NCBI RefSeq assembly: GCF_004010195.1 | Contig: NC_057711.1 | Coordinates: 27,183,972-27,247,971 of the forward strand | DNA: 64,000 nt | Source: Chiloscyllium plagiosum | Lineage: Eukaryota | Direction of reading: 5' to 3' | In this document: piece by piece, positions 12,401 to 25,794 of the stretch | Numbering within the stretch: the first letter of the stretch is position 1 | Layout: the number at the start of each line of letters is the position of its first letter | Notes under the pieces: model-generated | The model's input: the letters and a program-made list of their open reading frames with translations, nothing else | Told to the model about the DNA's origin: nothing | Databases searched by the model: none | Translations under genes and position numbers: made by a program

Positions 12401-13299
12401 ACCAACAGACACAGATCTAGCATGACTTAGAATCAAAACTGGAGCTTTGCTGATTTCAGAGTAAATTAAATTTCTCCAGATCCCTTTGAGGTTTCCAAAC
12501 AATATGATATTTCTAACAACAAAATCTTCTGGCAAACTTCTAACTCACAAATCCCAAGGAGCAGAGCAATCTTCAACAATATCTATAAACTATGTTTGTG
12601 CTAAACTCACAACATTAGCAATCCTATCTCCAGCTATTATTTGTTCCTTTAAGGCTCCTGTAGACAATGAAAAGAAAATGTCACACATAGATTGAACAAC
12701 TGAAAGAATCATTTGTTTACCTCAAAATATGAAAACAATAGTTTGACATGGTACTACACCACATGAAATATATCCACCCATCCATGCAAGGAACATACTC
12801 CATTCAATGAGCCATTGAGATCAGCCAAACATTATTAGTGATTAGATTGTGACCTTTCGGTTATTTCTAAAAGGTAATAAATAAGAAAAGAACTGAAAAC
12901 CCTGCCATGTTGGCATCTGAATGCAGCTTTTCAAACTGGTGTCTGTCTGCAAGGTCAATGGATTTCTATATTTTTCCATTCACTTGCTAACATCTTTAAA
13001 TTCAGTTGCCCCACAGCCATTTTACAAAACTTTGAAGTGAGGTCAAGGGACTACATGAGAGCTAGCATGTCTACATTCACTCCAAGACTACTGTATTAGA
13101 ACAAGGATCTCAGTAGAAGAACAGGGCATAAATGTGATGATGAGTTAAAGAAGTACCTATCATGGAGAATATTCCAGATGCTGTGTGGAAAATGTAAGGC
13201 ATGGGGATGAGATTGTTGAATAGTGGTAACACAATGCAGTACAGAGTATTGTGGCTATGGAGGAAGGGGAAGTCGATTGAAGAATGGTGCAGTGATTCT

Positions 13300-13850
13300 T
13301 AAAATTCATTCATGGGAGAGAGGTCAGCATTTTTTGTCCATCTCTAACTGCCCTTGAGAAAATGGTAATGAGCTGCCTTCTTGAACTGCTACAGTCCATT
13401 TGTTACAGATATACACACAATGCTGCTTATGAGGATCCAGGATTTTGACCCAATTAACTATCATATCATTCAAAGTCAGGATGGTGAGTGGTTTAGAGAT
13501 GGACTTGCGGGTGGTGGTGTTCCCATCTATCTGCTGTTCATGTCTTTCCAGATGGTAGTGGGCATGGGTTCAGAAGGCATTGTTGAAGGACCTTTGGTGA
13601 ATTTTGCAGGTGGCTTGCACTGCTGCTACTGAGCATCAGTGACGGAGGGAGTGGATGTTTGTGGATGTGGTGCCCATCAAGTGGCCTGCTTGGTCCAGGA
13701 CAGTATCGTGTTTTTTGAGTGTTGTTGGAGCTACACCCATCCTGGCAAGTGGGGAGTAGTCCACCACACACCTGACCTGTGCCTTGCAGATGATTACAGG
13801 CTTTAGGGAGTCAGAAGGTGGGTTGGAGTCACCGGTCCACTGCCTTAACC
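13300..13850 (-). mobile_element. CR1-Zenon-like LINE 3' fragment
   Basis: Translation ICKAQVRCVVDYSPLARMGVAPTTLKKHDTVLDQAGHL...NIHSLRH. Same family as 18880-19430, 20420-21460 and 48410-48990. Confidence 0.72.
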
Positions 13851-14965
13851 AGAACTTCCACAGTAACATGGAAAAGTCTGGAGGCCCACTTCCAAGCCAT
13901 TTCTGTGTTCACAAGCATTCTCTCCGGTGTGCAGTCAGAGTGCACTTCCTGTTTACAGCAAAAAATGCTCAATTTCCCAATACTCCAATTAAGTCCAACT
14001 TTTTTTTTAAACATGTATTTTTTACCACAGTATCAGCTATAACAACCAGCACCACTTCAACAACAAGAACCTGACTGGCAAGTTCTGATTACACCATCGA
14101 TGCTAACACGTTTTTTTCAATACAAACACAGAATCTCACTTTTAAATTGACCAAGTGGAACTTGGAAAGTCACAATAAAAAAAAGACTTATTTTTAAATT
14201 GCCAAAAAGAAAAATATATTTCGCTTTCTGTCACTTGATGGCACGAAATTAGAAGAAGAATTTATATAATGACTTAATCTTAGTTGCTTCAAGGTAAGCA
14301 CAAAAATGGAAAGAGGAGGAGTCATGGAGAGGTGACAAAACTTACCATCAAAGAAAAGGATTTGAGGGACATTTTCAAAACCTGAAGGAGATATAATGGA
14401 TAGACAACTCCAGACTGCAGGAACATGACAGGAAATATTCTACCACATATAGTGGGCTGAATGAACAAAGGTTGCAATGGAGAAATCCTTTTGGTTCATG
14501 ATCCCTTGCAATGATACAAATTGCTCGTTTAGAACACATTAAAGTTTGCCAAGTACCTGACCCTTGAAAATGGATCAGAGCTGAAAAGGCTAAATCTGTC
14601 CATTGTAAGCAGATTTGGCAACTTCTCCACCTTTAAACTGCAGGTCTTTCAGGTAAAATGTGACACACAAAGGCTAGCTGTTGCGTGCACCTTCTGAAAA
14701 TGTGTCCGGTCTTTCAGTCCCTGACTTATCAAGAACCTATCCACCTCTACCTTAAAACTATTCAAAGACTCTGCTTCCACCACCTTTTTATAAACAAGAG
14801 TTCCAAAGTGTCCTGCGCTGTTTGACTCTCTGCAACTCTGCTGCCTGTTGCTATTCTGGTTACTGCTCCTGCCTGGCTCTGGTCCAGCCTCTGCTGGTTC
14901 CTTCACTGTTACATCCAAGTGACCAGAAACACCAGGCTGACCTGCCCTATCATTATCAGTATCAA

Positions 14966-15130
14966 AAGGTGTGGTGCCGGAAAAGCCCGAAAGCCCTCAT
15001 ATTCCTGATGGAGGATTTATGCCTGAAATGTCAACTCTCCTGCTCCTCAGATGCTGCCTGACCGGCTGTGCTTTTCCAGTGCCACACCTTTTGACTCTGA
15101 TGTCAGCATCTGCAGTCCTCACTTTCTCCC
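14966..15130 (+). mobile_element. Penelope-like family A copy
   Basis: attcctgatg.agg.tttatgcc.gaaa.gtc followed by the family A tail (cagcatctgcagtcctcactttctcc). Confidence 0.78.
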
Positions 15131-15864
15131 TGCCCTATCATTACGTATGCCTGAGGTGATGAGTGAACAAATTGCATGGAACGAACTGGTCAGCGCATTC
15201 TTTGACACCATATCTCTAGTCCTGAGTATTCCTGCCCAACATTAAACCCTACACTTATCATCAGGTGCACAGTGGCCAAATGCATTCACTTGTCAGTGAA
15301 ACAGACGGAACCAGGATGGATGTTTCTCAAAACTAAAATCGCAGCTGTTTGAGACTATCCACAGTTTATGATGCAGTGTCAGTTGTCTTGCAGCAAACCA
15401 AATGCTCTTACTACTCTTTCACTGTCCCCTTACCTTTGGGAGCTGTCCTGATAAAGTCACAGACACTAAGCTGCCAGCACAGAAAACATGAAAACTACTT
15501 CAGTACAACTACTACAACTGTAATAAAAACAAAAAAGTGCTAGAAAACACAGCGGGTCAGGCAGCATCCATGGAGAGAAGGCAGGCTAATGTTTCCAGTC
15601 TAGATGACTGTTCCTCAGACCTGCTGCTTGACCCACTGTGATTTCCAGCATTTTTTGTTTTCAGTACAGATTTCAGCATCTACAGCAATTTGCTCCTGCA
15701 GCTGTAATAATGCTTCTCAAAAAATAATTGAAGCTATTGATCCTTCGTGTCCCACAGTTAATTGCAATTGAGAGCCAACTGGTTAATTTTTGAAAACTCT
15801 GCAAATAGGAATAAAATGTTAAGTACGTTGAAAATTGCTGCCAATTACAAAAAAAGGTATATAC

Positions 15865-16500
15865 CAGATGATGCCCTGAGGAGCGTGTACAAGACTGCAC
15901 TTCAAACGTGTCCTTGTGAAGATTCCTTCCACTGTTTGATGCAGATATGGTTGGGAATCCTTGTGTGTCGAGCCCAGGCTCTGTTGTATGCAGACTTGCT
16001 GGAGCTATCTGAATGGAAAGAGAGGCTGTGTGTCTCTCAGGCTCTGTCCTATCGCCAAGTGGAAGTGAATGAAGTGAGGGTTTCACAGAACTGTCAGGCT
16101 GTCTCACATTGTGGGTATTAGCAATGAGCTGATCCTCGGGCAAGGTTAGCTTGATGGCGGTGATTTTACGCTCTTGGAAGTTGCCCTGACTTTTCTGAAG
16201 GGAAAGGTCAGCAGTGCTACTATCATCTACTTTGTGAGTTAAGTTCTGGGCAACTGCTGGCTGCTGTACAGGAAAGGAAGTTGCGCTGGAGTGTCGAAAC
16301 AATTGCAATGAACTGTGTGAGTACTCTTCCTTATTAGTCAAGCGGGTAATACTGGAAGTTATTGGCAAGCTGGATTCTGGGAGTGATGGCCAACTGCCAT
16401 GTATAAGGCCTTGGGTTGAGCTAAGTGTTACATGGTGGCTGTCAGGATCCATTAGTGGACCCCAATGAAAGCTTTCCTTTCTCGGTGGTGGTGAAGGAAC
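15865..16500 (-). CDS. SORBS2: SORBS2 large cassette exon, 636 nt, phase 0-0 (VPSPPPRKESFHWGPLMDP...SSGHHL), Ser/Pro/Thr-rich
   Basis: catctctgacAG acceptor, 212 open codons (ORF 15673..16452), candidate CTG|GTatat donor where composition turns T-rich. Phase fits neighbouring exons. 3' boundary less certain. Confidence 0.72.
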
Positions 16501-17841
16501 CTGTCAGAGATGACCACACAGCAGGAAAGACACAAACCATACAGGGAGGAAGAAAAATAAAAATGGAAAACATCAGCATGGAGAATTCATTTCAATTACA
16601 ACACTGAGCATTACCTCGCTAATACATTGAATGTGATCTATTAGTATATATATTAACTTATTTTTTTGAGTGTCGGTACTGAACCTGAGCAATCTGCAAA
16701 GGTCTCCCACTTAATTAGACTTAGCAAGCATGTACAGACTTTCCCAGATAGTTTGTGTCTTAAATCAAACTAAAGGACCATCAGCAGAAATTGCTATCCA
16801 CCCACTCATTCATTGTCGACAGAACAGAGTTTAAAATCAGGAATTTGGAGTGTTTCCTTCACTCATTAGCCTATGGTAATTGAGCCTTATATAGTATCTA
16901 AACAATTATTGCCACCCATTAACACAACACAGCCACAAAGCAGGGAATAGGCATGTTGACATTTCTGTGTCAGGAACTCTTCAGGTACATAAATAGGTAC
17001 CTTTAAATTGACAACATCATTTGGATTCCTCCCCAACTGTAAAAAAAGCTGGTAAGATTAGAAGGTTCTGTCAGTACCAATGGCATGTTAAAGTGAGCAC
17101 TTGAGCAGGTTAACAAGACATTGGACTAATGGAGATGTGAAGCTGATGATTTACTGCTTTATAAAATGCTCCTAATTGACTTCATTCGTTGGAAGACACA
17201 GCTCTGACTCATTTGAAACTGAGTGGCATGTAGGGAACCCCTTATTATTAATAAATCTGAAATGCAAAAAGACAAGTTAATTTAATGTCTCTCATGCTGC
17301 AAAACAAAACAACAGTTATATTAAAACAACACAGCAATTTAAAATTCAAGATGTTATGCTCAGAAATAAGTGTAAGCCTCTGTGATTTTAAGCCTTTGAT
17401 TTTCAGAAACAAATATCAACCTAATATGATGACAAACAAGGTTTATAATCTTGATGGTGCACATCACATTAATTCTGATTACCATTTGTACACTTTAATA
17501 GATAGTACAATATTTGTTGAGTAAATTCATTAACAAGCAAGATTAAATTTGCAACAAAGCAATTAGCATTTTACAATGTTTTCTTGTAATGATATATTAC
17601 TATGCCTGCACTTCTGTCAGAATGACACATTTCCAAGCTTCAGACAGTGCCTGGAAAAGAACAAGTGTGAATCTGACAATCATACCATCACATTTTTATT
17701 CCAACTATCTGACAATGGGCAGAAGGTTGGCAAGCAATATGTTTTAATGAGTCAAAAAGCAGCCTTTCTTTCTGGAATATGTATAAACACATCTCTAGCT
17801 GTAAGCACACTGTTACATTCAGAAAGATGGCTTCCATTCAC

Positions 17842-17984
17842 CTGCTGTGGAGGGGTTTTTCTTTCTGGAAATGAAAGATTCGGTCTGACACTCCGAAATC
17901 CTTTGGCTGCCAGTGACGAGCTGTGCGTTTCTCCATTTAGTGTGCCTTTGAAGCTGTCATTAATGTTAAATGATGTCCAAACAT
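17842..17984 (-). CDS. SORBS2: SORBS2 exon, 143 nt, phase 1-0: DVWTSFNINDSFKGTLNGETHSSSLAAKGFRSVRPNLSFPERKTPPQQ
   Basis: ttgtcttctgcAG acceptor, CAG|GTgaat donor. Contains the TLNG..SSLAAKGFRSVRPNL motif of SORBS2. Confidence 0.93.
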
Positions 17985-18691
17985 CTGCAGAAGACAATTA
18001 AAGAACCCCTTCAGACAGATTAAAATGACAAATGGTTCACCCGTTTGTCAGTGTGGCAATCATAAGGTGGGGACTCTATAGTACCCAACATTGGCAGCTA
18101 GTGTAAACCAGAACATGAAGGAATTGGAATCATCCCATTCTCACTGAACAAGATGGAGGAGAATAGGGACAGGGGCAAGGGAAAGCTGACTCATACCACA
18201 AGTACAAAGATGCACCTGGCACGTGGAATCCAAACAAAATGGAAAGAGAATTATAAGCTGAAGAGCAACCTTCAGTCATTTGTTCTATCATGGCTTGCAC
18301 TTAGGAAGTCTGAGGACACAGCAGCTTAAAGATAAACAACACATTGATCTTCTCTCACAATCCAAGAAGTGGAATCAGTTTATTCCAGTATGGCTTTGAA
18401 CAGCAAGATAAAATTTCAACTTGTGACCTGCTTTGAGTGGATCTTATCATTGGGCTCCTTTAATGTCAGTTTATGACTTTATCAGTAAAACTGGCAAAAT
18501 AGTTTTTTTTTAACAAATGTCCTATCTCTGGAAATAGAAAGTGAACAGATTAATGAGGGAAATGCAGTGTCAAACAGAAAAGCTTCTGCAGATGCTTGCT
18601 GCTACATTACGTTTCTATGAAGTAAACAGAAAGACTCAAAATGAACTGCAGTCCCATTTCCTTTTTACCCAGAGCAAGTAACGATCTTTAC

Positions 18692-18718
18692 CTGAATCTG
18701 GTGTCTGTGCTTCAGGAC
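18692..18718 (-). CDS. SORBS2: SORBS2 27-nt microexon, phase 1-1: GPEAQTPDS
   Basis: tcttttttaaAG|GTCCTGAAGCACAGACACCAGATTCAG|GTaaag. Corresponds to recalled mammalian GRDSQSPDS. Confidence 0.85.
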
Positions 18719-18879
18719 CTTTAAAAAAGATAAATAGCATAATAAGCAAGCTGTCAGCAAGACATTACATGAAGATATAATCTGGATAACTCACAGACAA
18801 AAAGAAGTTCACAGAAATATCATTATTTAACATATTCTCAAATATATGAGAATATAAAGAAATTGGTCACAGGTCTTAA

Positions 18880-21460
18880 CTTGTTTTGACCTGGACATGG
18901 CCAATTTCTTCAATGTTATTGGAGCTGCACCCATCTAGGCTAGTGGGGTGTACACCAACAGACTCCTGACATGTGCCTTGTAAATGGTGGACAAGCACTG
19001 GGGAGACAGAAGGTGTGTTATTCACTGAAGGATTCCTAGCTTCTGACCTGCTTTTATGGTCTGCATTTATATGACTGATCCAGTTCACATTCTGGTCAAT
19101 GTAAGGATGTTTGTAGTGGAGGACTTTGTAGTGGATGGTAATGGCATCAAAAATTAAGAGGTTAGATTTTCTGTCATTGGAGATGACCACTAATTGATAC
19201 ATGTGTGGCAAGAATGTTACTTGTCACCTATAAACCTAAACCTGGATGTTGTCCAGGTCATGTACACACTCTGCATTAGGTGTCTGATGTGTGGCAGATG
19301 GTGCAATCATCAGCAAACATCCCCACCTCTAACCACAGATGGAGGGAAGACCATTGATGAAGCAACTGAAGATGCCTGGGCTTTGGACAGTCTCCTGAGG
19401 ATTTCTTGCCCTGATATCATGAGGCTAACATGATTTGTTTTCAACAATCTTCAATTGAAAGAAAATGTTTTCTAAAGTCAAAAAGAAACAAAGGGGTAGA
19501 GGTGCAGGATAGTAAAAAGGTAAATGAATATTGAAGTGCAGCAGGTTTGGTAGAATATACACAAGAGTGCTGGGGGAATTACAATCAGAGGAAGTAGTAA
19601 TGGCAAAAAGGTAAAACTTAAGTTCTTGAGTTGAATGCCCGCATTTAAAACAAGATAGATGAGTTGATGGCACAAATATAAATAAATGAATATGACTTGA
19701 TAACTATTACAGTTGTCCATTATCACCCCCATTCCTGCTGAATGGCTTTTGCCTAAAACATTGATTTTCTTACTCCTCGGATGCTGCCTGACCTGCTTTT
19801 CCAGCACCACTCTGATCTAAACTCTGGTTTCCAGCATCTGCAGTCCTCACTTTTGCCTAGCTATTCTCGAGACAAAGGTGCAGGGTGACCAAGCCTCAGA
19901 ACTGAATATTCAAGGGTATTCAATATTCCAAGTGAATAGGCAAAAAGGAAAGGGAGCTGGGTAGCATTCTTAGTAAAGAATGAACAGTGTCATGATGAGT
20001 AGTGATCTTTGTGCAAAAGATTATGACATGAAAGCCATCTGGGGTGGGGAGACGCTAATGAATAGCAAGAGAAAAAAAATCACAGGTGAGAGTGCACTCT
20101 GTAGGCCCCCTCAGAGGTGCCTTCCTGTAGGCCAAAGTATAAACTTGGAAAGAACGGAGGTGTGTAAGAAGGACATACAATTATAACAAATTGTCTTTAA
20201 TCTACAAATTGACCGGGAAAAGCAGGTGGGCAAAGATAACTTGGAAGACAAATTAGTAGAGTGCATGCAGAGTTGTTTCTTAGAGAAATACATTTCAAAG
20301 TCTACCCAGGAATAGGTCAATTTAGATACAGTAATGTGTAATACAGTAAGATTAACAAGAGATTTCATAGTTAAGGATCCTCTAGGAATTAATGATCACA
20401 ACATGATGGGAATTTCCATATTGCTGGGTAGATGTCAGTGTTGTTGTTGTACTGGAATGGTTCGGCCAGGGATATAGCAAGCTCTGGAGTGGATGTCTTC
20501 AAAACTATTGCTGGAATGTTGTCAGGGTCAATAGACGTGCAGAATCCAGTGACTCCAGCCATTTCTTGCTATCACATGGAGTGAATCAAATTGACTGAAG
20601 ATTGGCATCTATGATACTGGTGGCCACTGGAGTGGGCTGAGATGGATTTTCAGCACTTCTGGCTGAAAATGGATACAAAGCCTTGTTTTTTGCACAGATG
20701 CGATGGGGTTATTTGTGGAACGTCCTGCTCCTCCTGTTAGGTGTGCATTTGTCCTTCACTGACTTGATGTGGCAGGGCTACAGAATTTGAATCTGATCTG
20801 TTGGTTGTGGCATTGCTTAGCTCAATCTATTGCATGCTGCTTCTGCTGTTTAACATGCAAACTGCCCTGCTTTGTAGCTTCACTAAGTTGAATTTTCACT
20901 TTCAGGTATGTCTGGCATTGCTCCTGGCATGGTCTCCTGAACCCTTCCTTGAACCTGGCTTGATGGGAATAGTACAGTTCTGCTGCTGAATGCCCCATTG
21001 CCTCATGGATGTCCATGAGTTTTAAGTTGTTAGATCTGTGTGAAGTCTATTTCATTTGGCACAGTGATAGTACCATGTAACACAGTGGAGGGTATGCTTG
21101 TCTCCACCATGATTGAGTAACGGTCACTGCTGTGAAAACTGTGATGGACATATCTGTGACAAGTAGACTGGTAAAGACAAGATCAGGTGTGTTTTTTCCA
21201 CTTGTTAGTTTTCTCACCACTCAGATGCATGTCCAACAGCGATGTCATTTAGGATTCAATCAGCCCCATCAGTAAGAGGGTTGCAGATCCAATCTTGGTG
21301 ATGGACATTGGATTCTCTATCCAGTGTACATTCCATGCCTTTGCCAACCCCCAGTGCTTTCCACAACTGCTGTTCTTCACATAGGGGGTATTGATTCATT
21401 GGCCAAGGTGGAGATGGAGGGGCCATGGATGGCAATTAGCAGGAGATGTTCTTGCAAAAT
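18880..21460. mobile_element. Nested block: Zenon-like LINE (- strand; 18880-19430 and 20420-21460) with a CR1 endonuclease fragment (+; about 19480-20420) that holds a family A Penelope copy (about 19730-19857)
   Basis: Zenon-like peptide remnants; CR1 APE remnants (LNA..I.NK.DEL, DPLG.NDH); family A tail. Confidence 0.7.
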
Positions 21461-21845
21461 GCCTCAGTCTGGCTCAAAAATAAAAGTTGCTGAAGGAACA
21501 CAGCAGGTCTGGCAGCATCAGTGGAGAACTGTTCTGAGGAAAGGCCACTAGGCTTGAAATGTTAACTCTGCTTATTTTCTCCACAGACTCTGTCAGACCT
21601 ACATAGTTTCTCCAGCAATTTCTGATTTTGTTTTAGATTTCCAGCATCTTCAGTTCTTTGATTTACCTCAGTCTGGCTGTTGGAGTTGGATCTGCCAAAA
21701 CAGCAGTAAGTTCACTGAGAGATGGCAGGAAAGCCATCCTTGAGGTTTCCATCCAGATTGATGGACTTAATCCGGGTTCCAGTCGGAAGGTGAGGGATCT
21801 CTCTACCTCCTGCTTGATTAAATGACCTACCACCAGCAATGATAT

Positions 21846-22053
21846 GGAGATGCTGGTGTTGGACTGGGGTGTACAAAGTTAAAAATCACACAACACCAGG
21901 GTTATAGTCCAACAGGTTTAATTGGTAGCATGAGCTTTCGGAGCACAGCTCCTTCATCAACCACCTGATGAAGGAGCAGAGCTCCGAAAGCTAGTGCTTC
22001 CAATTAAACCTGTTGGACTATAACCTTGTGTTGTGCGACTTTTAACTTTGTAC
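21846..22053. mobile_element. Penelope-like family B inverted pair with an intact hammerhead core on + (21962-21996)
   Basis: cacCTGATGAaggagcagagctccGAAAgctagtg. Flanks acc(a/g)ccagcaa form the TSD. Confidence 0.85.
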
Positions 22054-23499
22054 CGCCAGCAAACTCACTAGAAGAGTGACAGAAGATTTTGTCTAAATCC
22101 AGGAATTCAAACAGATCACAAGTCCAAAGCATCACTATTTTCACTATAAAACATTTTGAACATAGTTTTTTTTTTGTCCAGAGAAACATGTTTGCATTAA
22201 AGATTGTATTTCACATTGATGTCAAAAACACTCAAAATACAAAGCTTTTCGAAGCAAATTAAATTTTCTACATTGTGTAATGGACAGTGATTTATTTAAC
22301 AAAACATTTCATTATAGTTCAGTGCAACCATCCCCTGAGGATGACTATAAAATAGTTATTGTTTTAGTTAATAATTTAAAAAAACGTGAATGAGGCCTTA
22401 AAGAATGACATTAGCAAATCAAAACTACAAGTCACTATAGGCCCTTAATGAAAACAATTAGCGAATAAAATATTTATTGCTATTGACAATTCATACCCAC
22501 ATCACTTACATCAACTACATTCTCAATCCAAAACCAGAATCAAGTCATTAATCTGGCCAAAGCCCACAGAACACTTGGACCTTCAGAAGTTTGTAACCAA
22601 ATAAATTTTTATGGTGGAATTAAGAAGTACCAGCAGTTGAATCACAAAGTCAATGATGTCTTAAAGTGAAATTCAAATGAAGTTTTCTGGAGAAAAGTGA
22701 TACCGATGTGCAGAAGTAAATAAAATAGTACTTTGGAACACAGTTTCAGAAATCTATTTCCATATTTATTTCCCACCACTGTGGTTAAGTGTTGAGTCAG
22801 CTACTAAACAACATTTGAGAGATCAAGGAAGTGAGCAATATTAGGGTTTTACTGATTTTGCTTTTGAATTCATTTTTTAGAGATGTATAGAAAGATCTAC
22901 TCCTGTGCTCTCTGTTATAGAGCCTTTCCTTGTCGCTGAGCCCTTTGCAGCCCAGTCAGAGTAGGTGATTAGCTAAATGTTTCAGACATCTGTGGAATGG
23001 AGCCAAAACCATGCCCAACCAAGTCATTATTTGTCTTGTACTGGCTGGCACATTGGTAGATTTTAGGGGCCAGACACAGTGGTAGCAGGGAAAATGGCAC
23101 CAATTGTTTGATATTTTGTATTAATCACATTCTGTGATATTAGTTAGAAGTAATGAGTCCATTAATACCAAATCAAAGCAATGATAGCCTAGCAGGATAA
23201 TTTGCAAATCTAATATATTGGAGTGGACACTTCAGCATAAAAGCCCCATTACATTTTCTTCTATTTGCTTATTTTATTGTTACCTTTCAAAATACTTTTA
23301 TAATCCAATGTTCTGCCTGCCTTGCATGCTGAGCAAGCAGATGTTTTGGCAGGAATACAGTTTCAAAGCAGCAGATATCCTCCTGGACATTTCACAAATG
23401 ACAATCTTTCAAATGCAAGCTTCCGTTAGCACAGGTCATCACAGTTCTGTCTGATCACCTTAATGCAATATGTGCATTCCACAACATGACTCTTGGTGT

Positions 23500-23900
23500 A
23501 GTGGAGCGTCGGAGGCTGAGGGGTAACCTTATAGAGGTTTACAAAATTATGAGGGGCATGGATAGGGTAAATAGGCAAAGTCTTTTCCCTGGGGTCAGGG
23601 AGTTCAGAACTAGAGAGCATAGGTTTAGGGTGAGAGGGGAAAGATATAAAAGACACCTATGGGGCAACCTTTTCACACAGAGGGTGGTACGTGTATGGAA
23701 TGAGCTGCCAGAGGATGTGGTGGAGGCTGGTACAATTGCAACATTTAAGAGGCATTTGGATGAGGATATGAATAGGAAGATTTTGGAGGGATATGGGCCA
23801 GGTGCTGGCAGGTGGGAGTAGATTGGGTTGGGATATCTGATTGGCATGGACGGGTTGGACCGAAGAGGTGTAAAGCATGGAAACAGACCCTATGACTCTA
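23500..23900 (+). mobile_element. HER1/CR1 LINE 3' end
   Basis: ERRRLRGNLIEVYKIMRG...FTQRVVRVWNELPEDVVEAG. Confidence 0.92.
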
Positions 23901-24244
23901 AGTGGAAGGCCTGAATTGAGTGCTGTCATCAATTGATCCAGCCTAACTTATATCAATTAATTCCAGACAGACAATAGATGAAATCAAGGTCTTTGAGCAA
24001 GTTTCCACAAACAATCAGTGAGCTTGATGATCAGATAATCAATTTTAGCGATGATGGTTTGAAGGGAAACATGGGCCAGGAGACTAGGAGAATTCCACTA
24101 CTCTTCACTAAATGGGGACCTTTTGAATCTGAGACTCTCACAGGCTCTCAGTTAAACATTTCCTCAGAAGAAAACTCCTGGGATGGTTTGACATCCTGAA
24201 ATGGAAACAGTCCACAGGCACACATTAACATCTTTCACTATTTA

Positions 24245-24670
24245 ACATATAGAAACATAGAAAATAGGAGCAGGGGTAGGCCATTCGTGCTTTGAGCCTG
24301 CTCCAGCATTCAACAAGATCAAGGTTGGTTATCCAATTCAACATCGTATTCCCACTTCCTCCCCATACCCTTTGATTTATTTAGCCCTAAGAACTATATC
24401 CAATTCCATCTTGAAAATGTTCATTGTTTTAGCCCTAACCTCTATCTGGGATGAGAATTTCCCTGGCTCACCACTTTCAGGGTAAAAAAATTTCATTTCA
24501 CTTTAGTCCTAAATGGTCTACCCACTTTCCCTGGTTCTGGACTCCCTGGTCATCAGGAACATCCTTCCTGCGTTTACCGTGCGTTGTCCTGTTAGAATTT
24601 TATGGTTTCTATGAGATTACCCCATATTTTTTGAGACTCCAATAAATAAGGTCCCAACAAATGCAGTCTG
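24245..24670 (-). mobile_element. CR1 3' end
   Basis: Starts with the reverse-complement tail atagaaacatagaaaataggagcagg. Confidence 0.8.
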
Positions 24671-25794
24671 CCTTCATATACACTTGTACAATATTTCTTG
24701 TGATGGGCTTGAACTCTTCAGAAAATATTCTCGAAATACTTGTGCCACTGTGGGTACATGTAATTATTTTTCACAAATGTAGCAATAATCGCTGCTCGAG
24801 TGAATAATAAGAGATGGCATGTCAACCTGGTCATACCAAAGTTAGCTGAGCTCAGACAAAGCAGCATTCAGGAGGATAGAATGGATCCCGGAACTACAGG
24901 CTGGGGCAGAAACTACACAGCCCGGAGATAGACCATGGTCAAGGCTGCTGCTGCAAAGTACATGTTTGTGGATACTGGACGTGAAAGAACAGGGCTTTTC
25001 AATGTTCGGCACTCACTGTCGGAACTCACATGTGAAGTAATTCCTTCAGGAAAAGTGTTTCAATGGTGCCAGCTCCTTCAGAATTGCTGGAAATAGGAGG
25101 AGCTTTTCAAAGGAAAGATTTAACTTGGTGCCATTGTTGGCTTCTGAACATCGAAAACAGCATGAAGCAGGAGACCCATGCTGCACTCCAAGATTTTACT
25201 CCATGAGTTTACTTCCATGAGTTTACTCAGGTAAGAGTTGCCAGGAATTAGAGAGTTCAGCACTCAAACTGCATTCACTGCTCGACAATTTAATTGAGTT
25301 CAACTACTTGGCTGTATGGCTAATGGGGAGAAATAAATGGGGTGGAAAATATGTCTGGGAAGTGCAGTTACTTGGATCAATTCTTCTTTGTCATTTCTGT
25401 GACATTTTCAAAGAAAATGCTGACCAAGCAGATGGAAGGAAGTGAAAGAGAAATAAAATTCTGGAAGTCTATAAAAACCTCCAAATATTGAAAGATAAAG
25501 GAAAGATTCCCCCAATTATAGTGAAAAGACATCATGTGGTCATATGGGAATGTAACCAAAGCTTAATCATGAAATTTACTGTCGTGAAATTGTGCTATCA
25601 TACATTTAAAAGATTCACACAGGAGCTCAGCTAACACTGCAGTGATCTCAGTAACGAGGGTCAGTGTCTTTTGGCAGCTACCCACTTTGTAATTGTGGTA
25701 TGTGGAGGGAGGCACAAGAAATAGCTCGTTTGAAAATCATGTTGAAAATATTTCCTGTCACAGTGTGGTTATCGATTTCCATCAATATTGTCAA

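Noticed and set aside
25195-25230. Short tandem duplication (tttact.ccatgag)x2
   Set aside because: Ordinary slippage event.
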